This document shows, piece by piece, positions 21,307 to 32,589 of a DNA stretch of 64,000 nucleotides. Within the stretch, counting starts at the first letter, position 1. Each line of letters begins with the position of its first letter. The notes beneath the pieces are model-generated. The model was not told the origin of the DNA. It worked only from the letters and a program-made list of their open reading frames with translations, and did not search any database. The position numbers were made by a program, and so were the translations under genes. Source of the DNA: an uncultured Planctomycetaceae bacterium (GTDB lineage Bacteria > Planctomycetota > Planctomycetia > Pirellulales > PALSA-1355); the NCBI GenBank assembly GCA_963785305.1, contig CAWAUV010000008.1, forward strand, positions 960,001 through 1,024,000, written 5' to 3'.

Positions 21307-22189
21307 ATGCTTCGCGCGTCGCAACTCTCCATGCTCGGTTGGATCTTCGCCGGTCTGCTTGTTGGCGTGGCTGGTTACGTGGTGCTGGCTCCCAGCCGCC
21401 CCTTGCCCGAGCCAGCGATCAGAACCGACTCTCCCGCCGTCGGCGATGCGTCGAGCGCAAGCGGCGAATGCGAAAACTGCCGCGCTCCCGCGCGTTGGGC
21501 GGCCAAGCCGGTCGATAAGACACCAGCGCTATCGGTCCCCGCCACTCCAGCTCGACCCTCGACCGATGGCTCTCCGCGGTCATGCCACTCTTGGCGCTGC
21601 CGCCGACGGCTCCGGGCGAGATGGCCGCGAGGGGCAACTAGCCCGCGCTGAACCACCGATTGTGGCGGTTCCCCGCGCCGACGCGGCCAAACCCTCGCCG
21701 ACATCCGACACGAATGCGAGCAGCGAAACTCGCGACGCTTCCGACGCCGCGCTTCCCGGCATCGGCCAGGCGCGAATGGATCGCGTCGATGTGCCCGCCC
21801 AGCCGCCGAAGGAAGATGGCGAATCGCTGCCCGAGCCGCGCGAGCCCGGCTTCGGCGGCCTGAATCTGGCGAGCCTGCATCCGGCCCCCACGTTCGACAA
21901 CATCACGGTGCGCGACCACGGCGATCGAGTCGTGCTCCACGGCACGATCAACCTGCTGCCGACGCTCGAACGCATCGATGCCGGCCGGCGGCTGGAATAT
22001 CCCGACGACGGCAGCGTGTTTCAAAACCGCGAACGCCGCCTGCCGGCGAGACCGCGGGGCTACTACCACGAATATGTCGTTCGCACGGAACGACTTTCGG
22101 GACCGGGCCCGCAACGCGTGGTCGTGGGCGCGAGCGGCGAAGTCTACTATTCGCCCGACCATTACCGCAGCTTCCACCGGCTGCCGTAG
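21307..22189 (+). CDS. Membrane-anchored microbial ribonuclease (barnase/Sa/N1 family; frameshift in the linker)
   Basis: N-terminal TM; C-terminal DGSVFQNRERRLP..YYHEY..RVV..YYSPDHY. Confidence 0.85.
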
Positions 22190-22212
22190 CCCTCGCGACT
22201 CGCAGGCGTTCG

Positions 22213-22599
22213 ATGGCTCCGCTTGGCGATGCATTCGAGTATTCATCGGCGGGGGCCGCATTGCCGGCTAGCGTCGGGAACCGTGTGTTGGTGACATTGC
22301 CGCGAAGCTGCCGGACCAAACAGTCACTGCTGACCGAATATGCTCGCCAGCTCAAGCTGCCCGACTATTTCGGTTGGAATTGGGACGCGCTCGAAGCCTG
22401 CCTCCGTGATCTCACCTGGCTCGACGCCGGCCAAGCGGTAATCGTGTGGCACCAGGGTCTGCCACTTCGGGGACACGCCCGCCGCGTGTACCTAGAACTG
22501 CTCGACGAGACCGCCCGGCACTGGCGGCATTCTCCCGCACGGCAAGTTCGCTTTGTTTTTCCCGCGCCGCTGCGAGATCGAATCACCGCGGCCCGTTAG
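22213..22599 (+). CDS. Barstar family ribonuclease inhibitor
   Basis: LKLPDYFGWNWDALEACLRDLTW; directly downstream of the RNase. Confidence 0.9.
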   Translation: MAPLGDAFEYSSAGAALPASVGNRVLVTLPRSCRTKQSLLTEYARQLKLPDYFGWNWDALEACLRDLTWLDAGQAVIVWHQGLPLRGHARRVYLELLDETARHWRHSPARQVRFVFPAPLRDRITAAR

Positions 22600-22637
22600 C
22601 AGCGTTGAAATATTCAACGGGCCGAGCCGCCGGGGCG

Positions 22638-24587
22638 CTACCCAGGTGTGTCGAGATACGGGTCTTGGCCCATCGAACGCTGCATTTTCTTGCGCTCCCG
22701 CTCGTGATACATCAAAGCGCGGCGATCGCGAAAATGACGCCGCTCGGTGATTTGTTGGGCGCGGGTAAACAGCTTGGCGTAGCCCTCGACTTCGCCGGGC
22801 GTGGCTTCGCCAAACGCCTCGAGCTCGGCCGCTTTTTCGGCGCCCAGGGCCATGAGGAGCTCGTCGTCGAGCGAAAGATATTGCCGATAGCTGCCCGGAT
22901 CGCCCTGGCGTCCGCAGCGGCCGATCAACTGGCGGTCGATCCGCGCCGAGTCGTGCATTTCGCTCAAGACCACATGCAGGCCGCCGAGCTCCCGCACATC
23001 GTCGCCTAGTTTGATATCGGTTCCGCGGCCGGCCATGTTGGTCGAGACCGTGACCCGGCCCCGGTGGCCGGCCATGCTCACGATGTCGGCTTCGACCGCC
23101 ACATGCCGCGCATTGAGCACCTGATGGTCGATGCCGCGGCTCTTGAGCAATTGCGAAACGAGGTCCGACTTGTCGATCGAGCGCGTGCCGATCAGCACCG
23201 GCCGGCCGGTGGCGTGCATCTGGCAAACTTCGTCGACAAGGGCTTGCCACTTCGTGTCGCTACAACCGAACACGCGTTCGGGCAATCGCTCGCGAATCGC
23301 CGGGCGATTCGTGGGAATCGGCACGACGCGGAGCTGATAGATCTTGCGAAGCTCGGCGGCCGAGCTCGCGCCGGTGCCGGTCATGCCGGCCAAGCTCGGA
23401 TAGAGCTGGAAGTAGTCTTGGATCGTGATTCGCGCGGCCTGGCCGGTTTCGACCGTGACCTCCACGCCCTGCTTGGCTTCGACGGCCTGATGGATGCCGG
23501 CCCGCCATTTGCGACCTTCGGACATGCGGCCGGTAAATTCGTCGACGATCACGATTTCGCCGTCTTTGACGACATATTGCCGGTCGAAGAAGTACTCCCG
23601 CTCGACCTTGATCGCGCGTTCGATGAACTCGTAGATGGTGAACATGCCGGTGTTGTGCATCGAGCCGGGCTGCTCGATCTGCCGCACATGGCGGCGGCCC
23701 TCGGCGGTGAGCTCCACGCTGCGGCGCTTGTGATCGTATTCATAGTGTTCGTCTTCGACGAATTTCTGAGCGGCGTCGGCGGCCCATTTATACATTTCAA
23801 CCATCGCCTGCTGCTCGGCCGAGGGCAAGGCGCTGATAATCAGCGGAGTGCGGGCTTCGTCGATGAGAATACTGTCGGCCTCGTCGACGAGAATGAAATG
23901 CGGCGATCGCTGCACCGGCTGGTCGCCGCTCGAGTCGGCGCCGCCGAGCATGCCGCCGAGAAAGTCGGTTTGACCCTCGCCGATTCTGCGGAGCAGCAGC
24001 CGGTCGCGGAGGAAATCGAAGCCGAACTCCTTGGCCGTGCCATAGGTCACGTCGCACGCATAGTTCTTGCGTCGCACCGGCTGTTGCTGCTGCGACTCGA
24101 CCACGCCCACGCTCACGCCCAAAAGCTCGAAGAGCGGGCGCATCCATTCGGCGTCGCGGCGGGCGAGGTAGTCGTTGACCGTCGCCAAGTGGGCGCCCTT
24201 GCCGGCGAGCGATTCGAGATACAAGGGCAGCGTGGCGGTCAGCGTTTTGCCTTCGCCGGTTTGCATCTCGGCGATCGAGCGATGGGCGAGCGACACCCCG
24301 CCCAAGATTTGCACATCGAAGTGCCGCATATTGAGAGCCCGGCGCCCGGCCTCGCGCACCAGGGCAAACGCCTCGGGCATCAGCTTGAGCAGCGGCTCTT
24401 GGCTCTTGGCCCGATATCGCAACGAAAGGCTTCGCTTACGAAGTTCGTGGGGCAAGAGCGCCTTGAGCTCGGCCTCGAACGCGGCCACTTGCGGCACATA
24501 GCTTTCCCACTGCCGCAAGCGGTGCGTGGTCAGCCGGAGCGAGATCGCGTCCCACTGGGCGGTGAAATGTTCGAGCAGATTTCGCAA
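22638..24587 (-). CDS. secA: Short SecA paralogue (accessory SecA-like ATPase, 649 aa)
   Basis: EMQTGEGKT, TVNDYLARRD, DEADS, DEFTGR, TNMAGRGTDIKL, RIDRQLIGRCGRQGDPG; ends before the usual wing and C-tail region. Confidence 0.9.
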   Translation of the reverse strand: MRNLLEHFTAQWDAISLRLTTHRLRQWESYVPQVAAFEAELKALLPHELRKRSLSLRYRAKSQEPLLKLMPEAFALVREAGRRALNMRHFDVQILGGVSLAHRSIAEMQTGEGKTLTATLPLYLESLAGKGAHLATVNDYLARRDAEWMRPLFELLGVSVGVVESQQQQPVRRKNYACDVTYGTAKEFGFDFLRDRLLLRRIGEGQTDFLGGMLGGADSSGDQPVQRSPHFILVDEADSILIDEARTPLIISALPSAEQQAMVEMYKWAADAAQKFVEDEHYEYDHKRRSVELTAEGRRHVRQIEQPGSMHNTGMFTIYEFIERAIKVEREYFFDRQYVVKDGEIVIVDEFTGRMSEGRKWRAGIHQAVEAKQGVEVTVETGQAARITIQDYFQLYPSLAGMTGTGASSAAELRKIYQLRVVPIPTNRPAIRERLPERVFGCSDTKWQALVDEVCQMHATGRPVLIGTRSIDKSDLVSQLLKSRGIDHQVLNARHVAVEADIVSMAGHRGRVTVSTNMAGRGTDIKLGDDVRELGGLHVVLSEMHDSARIDRQLIGRCGRQGDPGSYRQYLSLDDELLMALGAEKAAELEAFGEATPGEVEGYAKLFTRAQQITERRHFRDRRALMYHERERKKMQRSMGQDPYLDTPG

Positions 24588-24706
24588 ACCGTGTCTCGCA
24601 AGGTGGTCCGTGGCGCCGCCGGGGCGGCTCGACTTTCCATCTTACAATATTACCGGCCTTTTTGCGGCGAGCCGATCACGACCGCGATCGTCGGGCAGCC
24701 GACGGA

Positions 24707-25731
24707 TCAATCGGCGGCGATCGGCGCGGTCGGAGCGATCGGCGCGGTCGGAGCGATCGGCGCCGCCGCTGGCGGACTGATCGGACGATTGGCTCGCGTG
24801 AACACGAGCCGGCTGCGCAAAGCGCCGTAAACGCGCAAGGTGTCACTGCCGGTGGCGGCTGGCAAATCCGTGATTTCCGGAACCGCGCTGGCCACCGCCG
24901 AGGGCGAAGGCGCCTGCGCAGACGCCGCGGGGACTGCCGGGCTGGCCGCCGAAGTCGCTCCGGGTTGCTCAACGCTGGCGTCGGTCCCGCTCGCCGCGAC
25001 ATTCGCCAGATCGGCCTGCACCCCGCCACGCCGCCATCGGCCGGAGTGACGGCTTCGCTCGCCGCGTCGGCCGCATTGCCGGGCTCCGTATTTCCAGAAT
25101 CCGTCGCCGCCTCGACAAACGAGGCATGCGTGACGCTGTCCGCCGTGGTCCGCGGAACAAACGCCACGGCCGGCTCGGCCACCTCGGTTGCCGCGACAGT
25201 TGCCGCCGCGGCGCTTGGCACGGCGACGCTCGGCACAAGCCGGCTTCGCGCCGATGAAGCGCGGGCCAAGGTCGGACCGCCGCCCGGGGATGGCGTCGCG
25301 CTCGGCGTCACCGCTTTCGAGTGATCGATCGAGCTTTGCGGATAGCTGAAGCCCGAGCCCGGCGGAGCATAGCGATTCGCCGGCGCGGTCGTGGGCGCGG
25401 CTGGCGTCGGGGAGGAAGGCGCGCCGTAGCTCGCGGGCGGTGGGTTGAAAGTCGCCGGCGGTTGGGCGCCATAGGCCGGGGCGGTCGCCGCGGGCATGCC
25501 GCCATAGGCCGGCGCCGGCGCGACGGTCGTCGCCCCGATCGGCGCGCCCGCGACTGGCGCGCCCGTGATTGGGGCCGCTCCGGGCGTGTAGTATGTGCCC
25601 GCCGCGGGGGCGAATTGTCCGGTTTGCGGCGGAGGCACCGTTGTGCGCAAAAATGGATCCGACGGTCCGCGCGGCGTTTGGCAACCGGCCAAGCACACCG
25701 CGGCGATCATTAACGCGGGCCACCACTTCAT
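24707..25731 (-). CDS. Hypothetical Pro/Ala-rich lipoprotein (frameshift near 25040)
   Basis: MKWWPALMIAAVCLAGC lipobox; low-complexity body; 18-bp tandem repeat near the 3' end. Confidence 0.55.
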
Positions 25732-26017
25732 AAGTCGATCTCCTTCGCGCGCGATGGCGGCGCCCCACGAACAAAAGTGCGGCAGCGCTCCGTGAGGGCC
25801 GGTGCGAACGTTCGCGGCGCGATGCTCCAGCCGCGCACGGACGGGGGCAAAGGCAAGCCTCTGCATCTTCGGGCGGCTAAGACTAGCAAGGCCCGGAATC
25901 GCGTCTAGTGCAGTTTCGAAAAAAACCGCCTGCTGGCATCGCTCAAGCGACGCCAGCAGGCGGCAAAGCAGGCGCCGCCCCTCGAGGAAGCGCGGCTGGG
26001 AGATTCGGCAGTCGGAA

Positions 26018-26627
26018 TTAGAGCGCTTTGGCGTAGCGAGCTTCGACCGCCACCCAGTCGATCACATTCCAAAAGGCCGCGATATAGTCGGGCCGGCGAT
26101 TCTGGTACTGCAAGTAATAGGCATGTTCCCACACATCCATGCCCAAGATCGGCGTGTTGCCATGCATCAGAGGGCTGTCTTGATTGGGAGTGCTTTCGAC
26201 GACGAGTTTCTTGTTCTTGTCGACGCTCAGCCAGGCCCAGCCGCTGCCAAAGCGAGTGGCGCCCGCGGCGGCGAAGGCTTCCTTGAATTTATCGAAGCCG
26301 CCCAGCTCGCTCTTGATCGCGGCGGCGAGCTTGCCCACCGGTTCGCCGCCCTGGGCCGGACCGATCGTGACCCAAAACATCGAATGGTTGGCGTGGCCTC
26401 CGCCATTGTTACGCACCGCGGTGCGAATCTTCTCCGGCACGCTATCGATTTTCGACACCAACGATTCGATCGATTGATCGCCCAGGTCCGTGCCTTCGAG
26501 CGCTTTGTTCAGATTGGTCACGTAGGCGTTATGGTGCTTCGTGTGATGGATCTCCATCGTGCGGGCGTCGATATGCGGCTCGAGGCGCATTGTACGGATA
26601 CGGCATCTTCGGAAGTTCATAGGCCAT
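26018..26627 (-). CDS. sodA: Superoxide dismutase, likely Mn type (frameshift near 26586)
   Basis: [55 protein letters not shown]. Confidence 0.93.
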
Positions 26628-27011
26628 GAGTGGTCTCCTGAAAGCGGTTTTTTAATTCGGGCCGCCGCGATTGCCGGCAGCCTCGCGCGAAGGGGCAAAA
26701 CGGACTGCGAAACGTTTCGACAAAAAACGGCGCCCGGCGAGTCGGCGGCGGGCCCGGGTCGTGGGGGAGGTCGAGGTCGTGGAGAGGCCACGAGTCGCCA
26801 CATCGAAGCGGTTGCCCGCTACAGGCGCAGCATACTCGATGCTTCGGCGGGTGACAATCAGCAGGCAGCCGTCAATTTCGTGGCTAGATGGCGGAATGCT
26901 AGATGCGCGAGCAGCCGAAATGGCGGGGCAGCCAGCGTGAGCGGCAAGGCATGGAAACAACGAAGACCGCTCGAATCCGCGGAAGCGAGACGCTTCGAGT
27001 CCCGGGCATGT

Positions 27012-28478
27012 TCACTGGGTCTTGTCGATTGCTCTCTCGCTTAGCACTTTGCCGACTTGCATGCCAAGCGAGCGCAGTTTTGCCCTGAGAGTGACGCGGC
27101 TGAGTCCCAGGATTTCGGCGGCGCGAAACTGCTGCCCATCGGCGCGTTCCATGGCGCGGCGAATGATCAAGCGATCGAAGTGCTCGAGCGCCCGACGATA
27201 GAGATCGGTTTCGTCCGACGCCATCCAGGCGTCGAGTTCGAGGGCCAACTGCCGCCAATCCTCGGCGTCCTGCACCGTTTGCTCGCTGTTGTTGGGGGCG
27301 GCGCGGCGGACGCTCGGCGGCAGGAATTCGGGCAGAATCGTCGGACCCGCGGACACGATCAATGATTCGTGAATCGTGCTTTGCAGTTCGCGCACATTTC
27401 CGGGCCAGTCGTATTGCTGCAACAACTCCAAGGCGGCTGGCGAAATGGATCGCGCCGCGGCGCCCATTTGCCGGTTGTAGCGGAAAAGGAAATAGTGCGA
27501 GAGTTCGGAGATATCCTCGCGGCGCTCGCGCAGCGGTGGGAGGCTGATCGTGACTCCGCGCAGCCGATAATAGAGGTCCTTGCGAAATCGGCCGCTTTCG
27601 ATCAGCGCTTCCAGGTCTTGGTTCGTGGCGGCAATCACGCGCACGTCGACGGCAATGGTTTCGCTTCCACCCACTCGCTCGAAGTGGCTCTCTTGCAACA
27701 GCCGCAAAATCTTGGCTTGGGTGTTGGGCGCCATATCGCCGACTTCGTCGAGAAACAGCGTGCCGTGGTGGCACTGCTCGAACTTTCCGATCCGCCGTCG
27801 ATCGGCTCCGGTAAAGGCCCCGCGCTCGTGGCCGAACAGTTCGCTTTCCAGCAGCGCCTCGGGAATGGCCGAGCAATTGATGGCCAGAAACGGCGAGGTG
27901 CTTCGACGGCCATGATGGTACATCGCCCGCGCGACAAGTTCCTTGCCAGTGCCGCTCTCGCCCAAGATGAGCACATTGACATCTTGAGGAGCCACGCGGC
28001 CGATTTGCTTGAAAACCGACTGCATCGCGGGCCCCGATCCAACCAACAGATCGGGCCGATCCTGTGGCCGGTCGCCTTTCTCCAGCAGCGCTGGCACATG
28101 CATCAGCCGGCTGATGCTGAACGCCTGCTCGACCACTTGCTGAAGATGATTCGCGTCCAGCGGCTTGACGAGATAGTCGTAAGCGCCGATCTTCATGGCC
28201 TCGATCGCCGTGTCGGTCGTGCCGTGGCCGGTGATGAAGATCACCAAACTCTTGGGATCGATTTGCCGCAATTCCTGGAAGACATCGAGTCCCGACCGCG
28301 TTCCCAAGCGAATATCGAGCAAAATCACGTCGGGCGAGTGCTCGGCCGCGAGCCGCAGCCCTTCCTCGGCGTTCGTGGCTTCGAGCACCACCACGCGCTC
28401 ATCGGTCAGCACCTGAGTGATGCTGAAGCGGATGTTGGGCTCGTCGTCAATGATTAACAGTTTCACTTGCTGCTGCAC
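27012..28478 (-). CDS. Sigma-54-dependent response regulator (NtrC family)
   Basis: REC domain (IIDDE, LLD, KP), GESGTGKE, ESELFGHERGAFTGA, WPGNVREL, Fis-type HTH. Confidence 0.95.
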   Translation of the reverse strand: MQQQVKLLIIDDEPNIRFSITQVLTDERVVVLEATNAEEGLRLAAEHSPDVILLDIRLGTRSGLDVFQELRQIDPKSLVIFITGHGTTDTAIEAMKIGAYDYLVKPLDANHLQQVVEQAFSISRLMHVPALLEKGDRPQDRPDLLVGSGPAMQSVFKQIGRVAPQDVNVLILGESGTGKELVARAMYHHGRRSTSPFLAINCSAIPEALLESELFGHERGAFTGADRRRIGKFEQCHHGTLFLDEVGDMAPNTQAKILRLLQESHFERVGGSETIAVDVRVIAATNQDLEALIESGRFRKDLYYRLRGVTISLPPLRERREDISELSHYFLFRYNRQMGAAARSISPAALELLQQYDWPGNVRELQSTIHESLIVSAGPTILPEFLPPSVRRAAPNNSEQTVQDAEDWRQLALELDAWMASDETDLYRRALEHFDRLIIRRAMERADGQQFRAAEILGLSRVTLRAKLRSLGMQVGKVLSERAIDKTQ

Positions 28479-30070
28479 GGGATTTCTCCATGAGCCGATC
28501 GCCGCCCGATGAATCGTCGGCCGCGATGCCCGCGAGCTCGGCCACGTCGCATGCGTCGGCCAAGGGTATTTCGACCACGAACATCGCGCCGCAGGGCGGC
28601 GGATTGCACGCGGTCAGGCGACCCGCGTGTTCTTGCATGATTTGTCGGCTGATGGCCAGCCCCAGGCCGATGCCGCGTTCCTTGCCAGTGACGAATGGCT
28701 GAAACAGACGCTCCATGACGTCGGCCCGAATGCCGCTGCCCGTGTCGCGAAAAACGATCCGCAGGGGGCCGCTCGTCGCTCGGGAGCCCAGGACATCGAG
28801 CGCCGCGGCGGGCGCTTCGATGGCCACGCTCAACGAGCCGCCGGCCGGCGTGGCCTCGATGGCGTTCAGCAGTAGATTGATGAATACCTGTTGCAATTGC
28901 TCCGGATCGGCGTCGACGACCATCGGCATGGTCCCCAGTCGTTCATCAATGACGATCCCGCCCTGCTGTGCCCGCGCCTCGGCCAGATTGAGCGAACGTC
29001 GCAAGGTGTCGCGCACATCATGCCGCAGGCGGCGCAGCTTGGGCGGCCGCGCGAAGTCGAGCAACTCTTCCATGATCGTTTCGATGCGGGCAATCTCCTG
29101 CCGAGCGATTTGCAGCCGCTGCTGATCCTTCGAGTTCGACGATTGACTGCGCTCGACGGTTTGAATCAACAGCTTGACCGAGGTCAGGGGATTGCGCACC
29201 TCGTGGGCCACGCCCGCCGCCAGTTCGCCGATGGCGGCCAGTCGTTCGGACTGCATCGCCTCGAGCCGAGCCCGATGCAATTCATCGATTACCTGTTTGA
29301 TGCGTCCCGATACGTACTGCACTTGCTGTTGCAGGGCGGGAAGCCCGCGGGGCTCCTCCGCCGAATTGACTTCCACCAGACCGATATCCTGCCCCAGGTC
29401 GCCGCTCGCGTCGCGCAGTGTCACGCTGATTTGAGAGATCGAATAGCTGAGGCCGCGGGCCACCTTCAATCCCAGCAAAATGCCGATCGCGGGACCGACG
29501 ATGATGAAAGCGACTCGCACCATGTCGACCTTGACTCGCATGAGGTCCCGGCGGCTGAAGGATTCATTGGTCAGCCGCCGCGCCAGGTCGGATATCTCCC
29601 CGCAAGGCTTCGCGATGCTCCTGGCCATATGCATTGCCTGCAGGACCGAGCCCGCGGAGTTCTCCCGAGAGGGGTGGCGCGCGAACGAGTTGCTCGTCGA
29701 CGGCGGTCCGGTATTCCTTGAAATTCTCGCCGATGGTTGCCACGAGCGCTCGCTCCTCGGCGGTCGAGGCATTCTCGGAGGCGCTGGCCAGCGCGGCAAT
29801 GAAACCATCTTCTAGCTCTCGCGCCTCGAGCCGGAATTTTCCGAGCGACTTATCGTCGTTGCCGCGATGTTCTTCCGCCGCGAACAGGACTGCCTGCAAC
29901 CGCCAGAGATTTTCCTGCATTTCGCCGCCGGACTGAATCATCTTGCGATTCTGGTTCAACAGCAGTGTTTGGCTATCGTCGACTTGATTAAGCACATGCG
30001 CGGTGCCGTAAGTGACCATCGCCCAAATCACGCTCACCAGCGCCGTGGGAGCGACCACCTTTTTCCACAT
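28447..30070 (-). CDS. Membrane sensor histidine kinase (frameshifted around 29640-29680)
   Basis: H-box AHEVRNPL, N-box NLLLNA, DTGSG, GIGLGL; two TM segments. Confidence 0.9.
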
Positions 30071-30337
30071 CGCGGAACCCGACGCATGGGGCGATGCGGA
30101 CTTCCACCGGCGAAGGCGGCCAAGGATCGCCTTCGCATCGCGAGCTTCGCCGTCTCTTGGCATCATGAAATTTTCCCCAATCGAGATGGCTGTCGACGGC
30201 AGCAAGTGACGCTGTCGGCGGCGAGACCAGGGGCGCCTCCGGGCACGACGAACGAGGTCCAGGGGCCACACCAACTTACACGCGGCCAAACGGAACGGTC
30301 AAACAGCCGGACTTTCCGAGAGGATTCCGTATAGAAT

Positions 30338-30354
30338 AGCAAGCCTTGCGCCAG
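30338..30354 (-). promoter_or_regulatory. Sigma-54 (-24/-12) promoter upstream of the kinase/regulator operon
   Basis: Minus strand reads CTGGCGCAAGGCTTGCT = TGGC..., GG-N10-GC, TTGC. Confidence 0.65.
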
Positions 30355-31003
30355 ATCAGGTCGTTTTCGGGCAGCGCAAAAGGCGGAATGCTAAGCGCCA
30401 TTCGATAATTTGGCCTCATGGGCCGGGGGAAAACGCGGTCGACAAGCCCCGCCCTCGAGACAATCCTAGCGATTGCTTCCCCCTGAAAGAAGGCATTCTC
30501 GCGTGGCGGGTTGCTTTCTTGCGGACTGCCGCATGGGCTGACACCGAGCGGCTTTCAAACTGCCAGGTGCAAAGAGCGCCACTGACCCAGGCCACGAAAA
30601 TTTCTTTTTTTGCAACAAAGAACCGGTTCGGACATTATGACTCCGTTATCGACGGACGCATTTGACGCGCGTCGTCGAGGACATAATCTTTCCTTTGCGA
30701 GCGAAACTTAGTTTCCCTCGCAAGGGAGCGAGACGACACAAGGCGTGGCGGCGGCTGGATTACAAAAATGTCATAAGCTCACATCTCCTTCCTGGGAAGA
30801 TGTTTGCGGTGTTCGATGTCACGGAGGATGTCCGTCTATGCCGGCGGTCCCAGGTCCGGTATATCATCTGCTTTGTGAATTGACTCGAAGTAGGACGGTT
30901 CCTTCGACATGTGGCAACCCGCGACAAAAAGTCGCTTGGCAACCGCGTTGTGTCGAGGACAGCCAAACCTGAATCGAACCTGGATCATGGTTAATCGACA
31001 TTT

Positions 31004-32280
31004 ATGGGAAAATTTATGAATTTCGTTGCGTATGCGGTGCGGCGCCCGATGGCGGCCCTGATGCGTCCAATCTTCTTCGCCATCCGGCGACCCATTGCGA
31101 TGCTGATGCTGGTCGTCGTGCTCATGGGTGGGGGCGCGCTGGCATTCAAAATGCGTCCCGAAGTTTTCGCTTCGTTGAATAGCTCGACGACGTCCAACGA
31201 TTTTCTCGGCTACATTCGCGAGAAGGCCGAGCAAGTCAAAGGCTTGGTGGTTGGTCACAAGGAGGAGCAGCACCACGAGGCCCATAAGATTCTGGCCACG
31301 AACCCCGAGTCGAAGGATGTTACGCTCACGCAGTACTATGTCTGCCAGATCCACTCGCAGCGTCACATCAAGGTCTGCGCCTGGAGAAGGGATATCTCGA
31401 GGCGATCACGATCAAAGAGGGTCAGCAGGTGAAGGAGGGGGACTTGATGTTCAAGGTCATTCCTATTCTTTACCAGAAAAAGGCCGAGGCCGAGTTGGCC
31501 GAGGCCAAGCTCGCGGAGTTGGAATTCAATTACACCAAGAAGTTGTTCGACGATAAAGTCGTGTCGCAGAATGAGGTGTTACTGCTCCAGGCCAAGCTGG
31601 CAAAGGCCCAGGCCAAAGCGCAGTTGGCGTCGGCCGAACTGGGCTTCGCCGCCGTCAAGGCGCCTTTCGACGGCATTGTCGACCACCAGCTCCACCAACA
31701 GGGCAGCTTGGTCCAGGAGGGCGAGGTTCTCACGACTTTGTCCGACAACAGCGTGATGTGGGTTTATTTCAACGTTCCCGAAGCGCGTTACCTCGAATAC
31801 ATGGCCGACCTGAGCGCGGACAAGGACAATCTGAAGATCGAGCTCGTGCTGGCGAACGGCAACACGTTCCCGCAGTCCGGCAAGATCGGAGCCATCGAGG
31901 CTGATTTCAACAACCAAACCGGGAACATCCCTTTCCGAGCGGATTTTTCGAACCCGGACCGCCTGCTGCGCAACGGTCAGACCGGCAACGTGTTGATCCG
32001 CCGAGTCCAAAACGGCGCCATCGTCATTCCTCAACGGGCGACGTTCGAGGTTCTCAACAAGCGATATGTGTACGTAATCGACAAGGACAACGTGGCGCAT
32101 CAGCGAGAGATCGTCATTCAAAATGAGCTTGAGGACATATTCGTCATCAAGAATGGCATTGGTGTCGAGGACAAGATCGTTCTCGAGGGAATTCGCCAGG
32201 TTCGCGATGGCGATACCGTGGAATACGAGGACCGTCAGGCGGCCCAAGTCGCCGCCAATCTGAAATACCACGCGGAATAG
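31004..32280 (+). CDS. RND efflux periplasmic adaptor (MFP; frameshift near 31378)
   Basis: EGQQVKEGDLMF, VKAPFDGIV, TGNIPFRA.F.NP..LL, IVIPQRATFE. Confidence 0.9.
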
Positions 32281-32589
32281 GAACCGGGAGTCGATGATTT
32301 CCCGAGGTGCGGGGTGTGCGTGCCCTTTATGGGCGCTCGGTCGCTTCTTTCCCCCGCCAATACATCTCGTTAGGAGCCCCTATCCGACGACCGGGCGCCC
32401 CCCGTTGAAATCGCCGGCAAAATCGCTCGCTTCCATCCGTTTTCGGATAGACTTCAAGGGCAGGGCGCGGAGCCCCGCCCGATCACGACCCGAAACGTGA
32501 CCGAGGGCTGGGAAGTTATCTAGTTCCGGCGCCATGGCGACCGCGTTTCCGGTAGTGCAATATGGAAATCAAACGGATTTGTTCAAAGT

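Noticed and set aside
24716..24765. CRISPR-like repeats (also 45282-45350)
   Set aside because: Short in-frame coding tandem repeats with no spacers and no cas genes
23064..24830. Long antisense ORFs (also 11526-13025, 36956-38620 and others)
   Set aside because: Shadow ORFs opposite well-supported genes, typical of high-GC DNA
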